Shown: positions 57,146 to 64,000 of the stretch, piece after piece
How the letters are laid out: each line of letters begins with the position of its first letter
How positions within the stretch are numbered: the first letter of the stretch is position 1
DNA from: Pseudomonadota bacterium
Lineage (GTDB): Bacteria; Babelota; Babeliae; Babelales; CAIQNR01
Length of the DNA: 64,000 bases
Assembly: GCA_027487215.1 (NCBI GenBank)
Contig: JAIYDZ010000006.1
Location: 1,829 to 65,828 of the forward strand
Direction of reading: 5' to 3'
The notes under the pieces: generated by a model
Database searches by the model: none
The model's input: only the letters and a program-made list of their open reading frames with translations
What the model was told of the DNA's origin: nothing
Made by a program: the position numbers and the translations under genes

Positions 57146-58522
57146 TTATTCAATGATTTTATTATCACGAACAAGTTGTGCGTTCTTTTGTCCAACAAAA
57201 ATTGCAACAACTAACCATGCACCAATAACACCCACAGCAACGAGTGTACCAATGCCCATTAGGTTCGCAAGAGTAGCAAGCTTATCGCCCTTTACGTTAA
57301 GGACTTCACCAACTTGCATACCACCCATTTTTGCAGAGCGGGAACCGAACATATCCACAAGTCCTTTTACTTTGAACTTTGCGTCTTTGCTGGTTGGAAT
57401 ATACATCATTTCTTTAGTTGGGTTGTTTACTGCGTAAGAAATTGCAGTAACCAACATCATTACGTAGAAAGTTGCCCATAGCAATGATTGTGGTGCTGGA
57501 TTTGTCATGAAATATGCATACAAACCAATCATAGAGATACCAAATACTACTGGATACAGAAGTAAACAGAAACGAAGTCCCATTTTTTGCATCAAGTAAC
57601 TTGTTCCTAAGACTGCCATTACCATTGCAAGACCATTAACATACATACCATAAGTACCAAGGAATGATTGGAACTCTTCTTTTGGCATGAAGAATGATGC
57701 TTGTGATTTCATTTGTAAATCAACGATAGACTTTGCAACTTCGTAGAATGTTGAAACTACTAACACACCAAGTAAATATGGGTGCTTGAAAAGTAATTCA
57801 ACACCAGCAAAAAAGTCTGGTGAAGATTTTTTCTCTTCACGATCACTAGTAAGTTCAGCTTTTGGCAAATGGTTAACCATGTAATAAATAGTAGCAAGTA
57901 AGCCACCAATTGTTGCCATACAAAGAAGAAACAACTTCCATCCTGGGATTGCAAGGTACACTAATGCTGAACCACCGATGGTTCCAACTTGAGCGATAGC
58001 AATAATGAAAGGAAATCCACGTTTTGCTTCATCGCCTTTAGTAGTACTAATTGCAAACGACCAGAAAAGCGCAACGATCAATGAACCGTAGCTTTCTGTA
58101 GCCAAGTATGAAACAACACCAAGTGCTGCAAGTATTTTATAACCCAAGAATGCTGGACCATAAACTCCATGCAGGTAAAGACCTAATGAAATTAATCCAA
58201 AAAGACAGATATAAAAACCACCAATGATGTAAAACAGTTGATGTTTTTTATACATGTCCACCAATTTACTGTACACAAATACAGTAATAAGAACGGTGAA
58301 CAAAGAAATAAGTTTCAGTTTCGGAATAAATGCTTGACCGTACTCATCAGCCCATCCTAATTCTGCAGGAAAAGCGATTTTATAAATAAGTACGTCTTTC
58401 AAAAGACGAAGCATCCAATACGCACCAAGCGCAAAAAACGCTCCCAATCCAAAAAGAGCAAATTTTCTAATCTCGTGTTTTTGAATACCCGGATAGAAAA
58501 AACTAACAATACTGCTGACCAT
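57146..58522 (-). CDS. Nucleotide transporter (TLC/NTT family), copy 3
   Basis: 458 aa. YWMLRLLKDVLI. MYIPTSKDAKFKVKGLVDMFGSRSAKM. Confidence 0.85.
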   Translation of the reverse strand: MVSSIVSFFYPGIQKHEIRKFALFGLGAFFALGAYWMLRLLKDVLIYKIAFPAELGWADEYGQAFIPKLKLISLFTVLITVFVYSKLVDMYKKHQLFYIIGGFYICLFGLISLGLYLHGVYGPAFLGYKILAALGVVSYLATESYGSLIVALFWSFAISTTKGDEAKRGFPFIIAIAQVGTIGGSALVYLAIPGWKLFLLCMATIGGLLATIYYMVNHLPKAELTSDREEKKSSPDFFAGVELLFKHPYLLGVLVVSTFYEVAKSIVDLQMKSQASFFMPKEEFQSFLGTYGMYVNGLAMVMAVLGTSYLMQKMGLRFCLLLYPVVFGISMIGLYAYFMTNPAPQSLLWATFYVMMLVTAISYAVNNPTKEMMYIPTSKDAKFKVKGLVDMFGSRSAKMGGMQVGEVLNVKGDKLATLANLMGIGTLVAVGVIGAWLVVAIFVGQKNAQLVRDNKIIE

Positions 58523-58571
58523 TTGTACACGACCTTTATTTAATAAGGTTTAACTAACTACTTTTTAACTA

Positions 58572-59897
58572 CTAACATATTAATCTGTTTTCTTTAAGTG
58601 CTTGTTTGTGAATTCTGCCAATAATTATAGCGGCAATAATCCACACACCAATCAACCCCATCGAAATAGATGCTGTCATCACCATAAAGAATTCATTACC
58701 CATCACTCCTTTAAAGTCGTTAATGGCTGCGCCCATTCCTTTTGCTGAACGCGAGCCAAACATATCAATCCATGCTTTTGCTTTATATTTCGATTCAGTA
58801 CTTGTAGGAATATATAATTGCTCTTTTGAAGGCTGAATCAATGCATAATTAAGGCCTTTACAAGAAACCATAATAGTAAATGCAACGATCAAAGAAGGAT
58901 ACACATTAAAAGTAAGTACTGCGCATGCCACTAAAATAGGTAAAAGAAGTAATGTACGGGTAAGACCTAATCGTCTTCCCACTTCACCAACTCCAAAAAA
59001 GAGACAAATCAGCGCTACCCCATTAGTCCACATAGCATACGTATAAAGATAATCTTCAAGCTGATATGTTAAAGGGTAAGAAACTTTAGCAAGCACTTTA
59101 AAGTGATAATCAAGAATAGTAACTACAATTTCATAAAATGCGACGATAATAAAAATACCAAAAAGATAGGGACGGGAGAACAGAAGGCGTATTCCTTCCC
59201 AAAATCCAGCCCGCGGTTTGCCTTCAAGCGGTTGCTTATTTTGGTCGCTAGCAAAACGTTTTCCAGTATCATACTCTGAAAGATGGTTAACATAGTACAT
59301 CACCATTACAACCATTGATAAAAGAGCAATAACCGGAATAATAAGAGTCGGAGCTGTTCCATAAAGTCGAGTCATCTGTTGAGCCATCACCGGAGCAATA
59401 AACCCTCCAAGCTGTCCTCCAAATGCAACAGTAAAATACTGTCTTTTTGCAACTTCAGGCGTAGTAATCTCAGAAACAAATGACCAAAAAAGTGCAACCA
59501 TAATAGAACCAAAACTCTCAACAAACATGTACCAGGCCCACCCGAGAATACGGTCTGAACTTGCAACTTTATTAGAAAGACCAATAGTTGGATGACAAAT
59601 GAAAAAAGCAAAAACAAGCATTGCGCAGGTATAAAAAAGCGCAAAACCGTAAAGCAATTTATGGCGAGGGTATCTATCAACAAGCTTTGAATACAGAAGA
59701 ACTAATGCTCCCACCACAAAAAGTGAAATCATTTTTGCTTTTGGCTGATAGTTTTCTCCAATCATTGTCAAAAACACAGCATCTTTAATAGGCCTTAAAA
59801 GCCAATAAGTTCCTAGAATAAGCCCAAAAACAACCGATAAAAATCGGTAATTCTTAGTCTCTTTTTTTTGACATATCATCATACCTTGTACCCTCAA
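58572..59897 (-). CDS. Nucleotide transporter (TLC/NTT family), copy 4
   Basis: 441 aa. YWLLRPIKDAVF. LYIPTSTESKYKAKAWIDMFGSRSAKG. The true start may be an internal Met. Confidence 0.85.
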   Translation of the reverse strand: MRVQGMMICQKKETKNYRFLSVVFGLILGTYWLLRPIKDAVFLTMIGENYQPKAKMISLFVVGALVLLYSKLVDRYPRHKLLYGFALFYTCAMLVFAFFICHPTIGLSNKVASSDRILGWAWYMFVESFGSIMVALFWSFVSEITTPEVAKRQYFTVAFGGQLGGFIAPVMAQQMTRLYGTAPTLIIPVIALLSMVVMVMYYVNHLSEYDTGKRFASDQNKQPLEGKPRAGFWEGIRLLFSRPYLFGIFIIVAFYEIVVTILDYHFKVLAKVSYPLTYQLEDYLYTYAMWTNGVALICLFFGVGEVGRRLGLTRTLLLLPILVACAVLTFNVYPSLIVAFTIMVSCKGLNYALIQPSKEQLYIPTSTESKYKAKAWIDMFGSRSAKGMGAAINDFKGVMGNEFFMVMTASISMGLIGVWIIAAIIIGRIHKQALKENRLIC

Positions 59898-60263
59898 ACC
59901 CCACTGCCCAATCTTACTCGCATTATGTACGAATAAATAATAAATGCCCCGTGGGGGGCTTTTTAGAATGTTTACACCTTTTTAAAAGGAAATTAAGTAT
60001 AGTCCCTCTTTTAGCAAAAATCTAGTTCACACCTCTCATTCAAGCTTTAACAAGCATTTCTCGCAGTAACGGTTTAAGCTTACTGCCCTTAATAGACAAA
60101 GCAGCTTAATAGGGCCAAATAGCCCTTCTATTCAAGAACTCAGACAAAAGATTTGGGTTTACTAAAGAGGATACTTTTGGTATCTTTAGTATGTTGTTAA
60201 AAAAGTGTTTTTTAAGCTTATCTTCTCTTAAAAGGTTTGTTTAGAAATGCAGTAATGTAAAAA

Positions 60264-62723
60264 ATGCAAGGTGCAACAAGTATGGATAACGAAAAAAATT
60301 TACTCGAGTCTCAGTCCACTACTCTGGGCGCAATGAGAGATGAGGATGAACTTTTTCTTGCTCTCTTGCCATTAAAAAACGTTGTACTGCTCCCTAAAAG
60401 CATTTTACCCGTTATTGTTGGAAGAGCCTCTTCAATCAAATCAGTTGAATACGCACTTAAACACAATAAAGTAATTTTTGTAACCTCTCAAAAAGACCCT
60501 GAAATCGAGCAACCGCAAGAATCAGATATTTTTATTCATGGAACTCGTGCAATGATTTTACAGGTCATGCGCATGCAAAACGGTTCATTAAAAATTCTTG
60601 TTGAAGGTGTCTGCCGCGCACGCATTGCTCAAACAGTCTATACCGATGAATGCACCGGTGTGTATATCGAAGACTTGGCAACAGAGATGCCTAAAAAAGC
60701 AGCTGATCTTGAAGCAGCATGGAGAACATTAAAAGATCTCTATTTTGCTTATACAAAACTTAATGAAAAAGCTCCTCAAGATCTTATTGGTACAGAAAAA
60801 AGCCCTGAAGACATCGATTACATTGTCGACACGATTGCCGTACATTTAAATCTTTCATTTGATGAACGACAAAATATTCTTGAAACAATTAATCTTAAAA
60901 AACGTATGTTTGCCATCGCTCTTTTCCTTAAAAAAGAGATTGAGATCTTAGAAGTTGAACAACGTATTAAAGGGCACATTCAAAGCCAGGTTGAAAAAAA
61001 TCAACGCGAATATTATTTAACAGAACAAATTAAAGCAATTCACAAAGAGCTTGGTCGCGAAGATCAACAAAGTGAATTTGCACAGCTTCATGAAACAATT
61101 AAAAAATTAAATCCCCCTACAGATGTACTTGAAAAAGTAGAAAAAGAACTCAAGCGTTTAGAACAGATGCCTGCGTTCTCATCTGAAGCAGTGGTAAGCA
61201 GACACTATCTTGATTGGATTGCAACACTACCGTGGAGCAAATCAACAAAAGATCGTATTAGTCTTGCGCAAGCTGAGCTCATTTTAAATACACACCATGA
61301 AGGTCTTAAAAAAGTTAAAGATCGCATTCTTGAGTTTATTGCTGCAAAGAAATTTTCTAAAAACTTAGAACGTTCTCCTATTATCTGTTTGGTTGGGCCT
61401 CCTGGGGTTGGTAAAACTTCTCTTGCTCAATCGATTGCAGAAAGTTTAGGAAGAAACTTTGTACGTATTTCTTTAGGCGGTGTAAGAGACGAAGCTGAAA
61501 TTCGTGGCCACCGAAGAACCTACATTGGTGCGCTTCCTGGAAAAATTATTCAAGCACTTAAAAAAGTTAAATCGGTGAACCCGGTTATCTTGCTTGATGA
61601 AATTGATAAGATGTCGATGGATGTTCATGGCGATCCAGCAGCAGCGTTGCTTGAGGTGCTTGATCCAGAACAAAACAAATCTTTTGTAGATCACTTTTTA
61701 GATACAGAATACAATCTTTCAAAAGTGATGTTTATTGCGACAGCAAACCACATTGACAGCATTCCTTATCCTTTATTTGATCGTATGGAAGTCATTCAAC
61801 TTTCTGGGTATACTACCGCAGAGAAATTAAGCATCTGTAAGAAGTTTTTGATTCCAAAAAATCTTAAAGAATATGGACTTACTACACGTCAATGCAAATT
61901 AAGTGATGAAGTAATGACAGAAGTTATTACGATGTACACAAAAGAAGCGGGCGTGCGTCAACTTGAACGTGTTTTTGCAAAACTCATGCGTAAAGTTATT
62001 CAAGTCTTTCTAAAGAATAAAGCTACTAAGACAGTTGCTATAACACTTGAACGTGTACGCGAATGGCTTGGTCATGCTCCTTATAAACAAACAAAGCTTG
62101 AAACTGAAGGACAGATTGGTCTTGCTACAGGACTTGCATGGACAGAACTTGGTGGAGATGTTCTTGAAACAGAAGTCACTGTGCTTCCTGGCAAAGGTAA
62201 TCTTACTCTTACCGGTCAGCTTGGTGATGTGATGCAAGAATCTGCACACGCAGCATTAAGTTACATTCGTTCTCGTGCAACTGATTTAAATATGCCAAAA
62301 GGATTTCATAGCAACAAAGATATTCATATCCATTTACCAGAAGGTGCAATTCCAAAAGATGGACCGTCTGCTGGTATAACCATGTGTACAGCAATGGTTT
62401 CAGCTCTTACAAAAAATCCAATTAAACCATACGTTGCAATGACGGGAGAAATTACTCTTCGTGGTCGCGTAATGGGAGTTGGTGGACTGAAAGAAAAACT
62501 TCTTGCTGCAAAACAACATGGTATTAAAGTTGCGCTTGTTCCTTTTGACAATAAAGAAGATGTACAAGAAATGTTTAAAGACACACCACTTGAGATTGAA
62601 GTTCATTTTGTAAAACACATGGATGAAGTATTAAGCTTAGCACTTGCGCAATCATCTTCAAAGGCCGAGCCAAAGAAGCAAGAGAGCAAAAAAAAGACTA
62701 CCAAAAAACAAAAAGTGCAGTAG
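60264..62723 (+). CDS. lon: ATP-dependent Lon protease (LonA)
   Basis: N-terminal LON domain. Walker A GPPGVGKTS. Walker B ILLDEIDK. Catalytic PKDGPSAG and K in the C-terminal domain. Alternative start ATG 60282. Lys-rich tail. Confidence 0.97.
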   Translation: MQGATSMDNEKNLLESQSTTLGAMRDEDELFLALLPLKNVVLLPKSILPVIVGRASSIKSVEYALKHNKVIFVTSQKDPEIEQPQESDIFIHGTRAMILQVMRMQNGSLKILVEGVCRARIAQTVYTDECTGVYIEDLATEMPKKAADLEAAWRTLKDLYFAYTKLNEKAPQDLIGTEKSPEDIDYIVDTIAVHLNLSFDERQNILETINLKKRMFAIALFLKKEIEILEVEQRIKGHIQSQVEKNQREYYLTEQIKAIHKELGREDQQSEFAQLHETIKKLNPPTDVLEKVEKELKRLEQMPAFSSEAVVSRHYLDWIATLPWSKSTKDRISLAQAELILNTHHEGLKKVKDRILEFIAAKKFSKNLERSPIICLVGPPGVGKTSLAQSIAESLGRNFVRISLGGVRDEAEIRGHRRTYIGALPGKIIQALKKVKSVNPVILLDEIDKMSMDVHGDPAAALLEVLDPEQNKSFVDHFLDTEYNLSKVMFIATANHIDSIPYPLFDRMEVIQLSGYTTAEKLSICKKFLIPKNLKEYGLTTRQCKLSDEVMTEVITMYTKEAGVRQLERVFAKLMRKVIQVFLKNKATKTVAITLERVREWLGHAPYKQTKLETEGQIGLATGLAWTELGGDVLETEVTVLPGKGNLTLTGQLGDVMQESAHAALSYIRSRATDLNMPKGFHSNKDIHIHLPEGAIPKDGPSAGITMCTAMVSALTKNPIKPYVAMTGEITLRGRVMGVGGLKEKLLAAKQHGIKVALVPFDNKEDVQEMFKDTPLEIEVHFVKHMDEVLSLALAQSSSKAEPKKQESKKKTTKKQKVQ

Positions 62724-62767
62724 ACTAGGCGTTGATAGTTACACTCTTTATACAGATGGGGTTTTAC

Positions 62768-63043
62768 ATGAAACACTTATTTACATTCGCTCTTCTTGCA
62801 ACTGCATTGGTAGTTACAACTGGTTGTAACAAACATGATGTTGAAGCTAAGAAGTCTGAAGCGGCTGCAGCTGTTCACAGAACACAAGCTGAAGTGCAAA
62901 GAACTATCGAAAAAACAAAAAAGGAACTTATTGAAGGCGGCAAAGCACTTAAACACGATGTAGAAGCAAAAGCACACGAAGCTGCTGCACAAGCGCATGA
63001 AGCTGCTGCTGACTACCACCGTGAGCAAAAAGCTGCTCAGTAG
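62768..63043 (+). CDS. Small lipoprotein with repeated KHDVEAK / HEAAA helical segments
   Basis: ATG 62768 gives MKHLFTFALLATALVVTTGC (lipobox TTGC). 91 aa. Confidence 0.55.
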   Translation: MKHLFTFALLATALVVTTGCNKHDVEAKKSEAAAAVHRTQAEVQRTIEKTKKELIEGGKALKHDVEAKAHEAAAQAHEAAADYHREQKAAQ

Positions 63044-63075
63044 TAATAACTAATTACCTGCACCTGGTTACAAGC

Positions 63076-63113
63076 AAAAAGAGCCTGTCAAATTGACAGG
63101 CTCTTTGTTTTTT
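63076..63113. terminator. Bidirectional terminator between the lipoprotein gene and pyrG
   Basis: GAGCCTGTCA-ATT-TGACAGGCTC, flanked by A5 and a T-rich run. Confidence 0.7.
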
Positions 63114-63124
63114 ATACTTCTTTT

Positions 63125-64000
63125 TTAAAGCATTGAAGCTACAAATGCATCAAACAGAGGATGTGGTTTTTGAGGACGAGAAAGAAACTCTGGATGAAAT
63201 TGACTTGCAACCATAAAAGGATGATCTTTTAATTCCACAATTTCAGCAAGTCTGCCATCAGGCGACTCTCCAGACACTATAAGGCCTGCTTGTTCTAGCT
63301 GCTCTCGATAATTATTATTCAATTCAAATCTATGGCGATGACGCTCCTGCACGATGTCCTTATTTCCGTAAGCAAACGAAGCTTTGCTTCCCGGCAAAAG
63401 CTTACATGGATAAATACCCAAACGCATGGTACCACCTTTATTGGTAACATTTTTTTGTTCATCCATAAGTGCTACTACAGGAATCTCTGTATCTGCATCA
63501 CACTCAACTGAATGCGCTGCTTTACCAATAAATGCACGAGCAAACTCGATACACATTACTTGCATGCCCAAACACAATCCCAAATAAGGAACCTTATGAA
63601 TACGTGCCCAATGCGCAGCAACAATTTTTCCCTCAACTGCTCTGTTACCAAATCCACCTGGCACTAACACTCCATCGCACCCCTTGAGGATCTCTTCTAC
63701 TGTTTCTTCAGTTAACTTCTCTGCATGAACCCATTTAATATGAACATTTATTTTGTGAAAACGAGAAGCATGTAATAATGCTTCTTTAACACTTAAATAC
63801 GCATCCTGCAGCTCAATATATTTACCTACCAATGCAATGGTTATCTGATTTTCAAAACGAGTTTCTGCATCTTTAGTAATCTGATCCCACACTGACCAAT
63901 CAGGAGTAAGTGCTTTAGTTTGCACCTGTAATTTCTCAACGATAAGATCCCCCATTCCCGCTTGCTCTAAACGCAAAGGAGCACGGTAAGGATTTTTATC
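63125..64000 (-). CDS. pyrG: CTP synthase, C-terminal part (gene runs off the window)
   Basis: Glutamine amidotransferase domain with GLCLGMQ nucleophile and HRHRFE.. / FHPEF motifs. The frame stays open to position 64000. Confidence 0.9.
   Translation of the reverse strand, partial: DKNPYRAPLRLEQAGMGDLIVEKLQVQTKALTPDWSVWDQITKDAETRFENQITIALVGKYIELQDAYLSVKEALLHASRFHKINVHIKWVHAEKLTEETVEEILKGCDGVLVPGGFGNRAVEGKIVAAHWARIHKVPYLGLCLGMQVMCIEFARAFIGKAAHSVECDADTEIPVVALMDEQKNVTNKGGTMRLGIYPCKLLPGSKASFAYGNKDIVQERHRHRFELNNNYREQLEQAGLIVSGESPDGRLAEIVELKDHPFMVASQFHPEFLSRPQKPHPLFDAFVASML

Noticed and set aside
57105-57437. 110-aa plus-strand ORF
   Set aside because: It is antisense to the conserved C-terminal part of NTT copy 3 and begins inside the terminator hairpin.

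Overview
AT-rich bacterial chromosome segment with about 60 protein genes, six tRNA genes or tRNA-like copies, and no rRNA, CRISPR array or recognisable transposase. Most of it is housekeeping: argS, tsf, frr, tig, trxB, rpmH-rnpA-yidD, PIN-PhoH2, thrS, nth, a Xer-type recombinase, a class B PBP, rpsT, rpmB, ftsH, tolQ-tolR-tolA-tolB, cca, dsbD, hpf, der, dnaX, sod, wrbA, a DEAD-box helicase, rpsB, lon and partial pyrG. A Tol system, DsbD and lipoproteins indicate a diderm envelope. Four tandem TLC/NTT nucleotide transporter genes (54070-59897) point to an energy-parasitic, probably obligate intracellular lifestyle. That fits Dependentiae/TM6-like, Chlamydiae-like or Rickettsiales-like lineages, but this placement is inference only. 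The signals I rate highest are: (1) a roughly 470-bp imperfect palindrome with no coding explanation, inside a 1.07-kb gene-free gap (40273-40740); (2) a 939-aa membrane-anchored GAF/PAS protein whose sigma-54-activator AAA+ module has lost every catalytic motif but keeps the Fis-type HTH (15787-18606); (3) an A9 slippery run in dnaX with immediate stops in both shifted frames (36480-36499); (4) a segmental amplification that triplicated tRNA-Ser(GGA) with secreted M48-like peptidase paralogs and left an in-frame relic of the rpsB 3' end (50136-53300); (5) a histone-H1-like KRKAAPKK repeat protein; (6) a DEAD-box helicase with a DETD motif II and an RS/RGG tail of about 220 aa. I could not identify a defence or mobile system. 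All homology calls come from motif recognition by eye, not from database searches.
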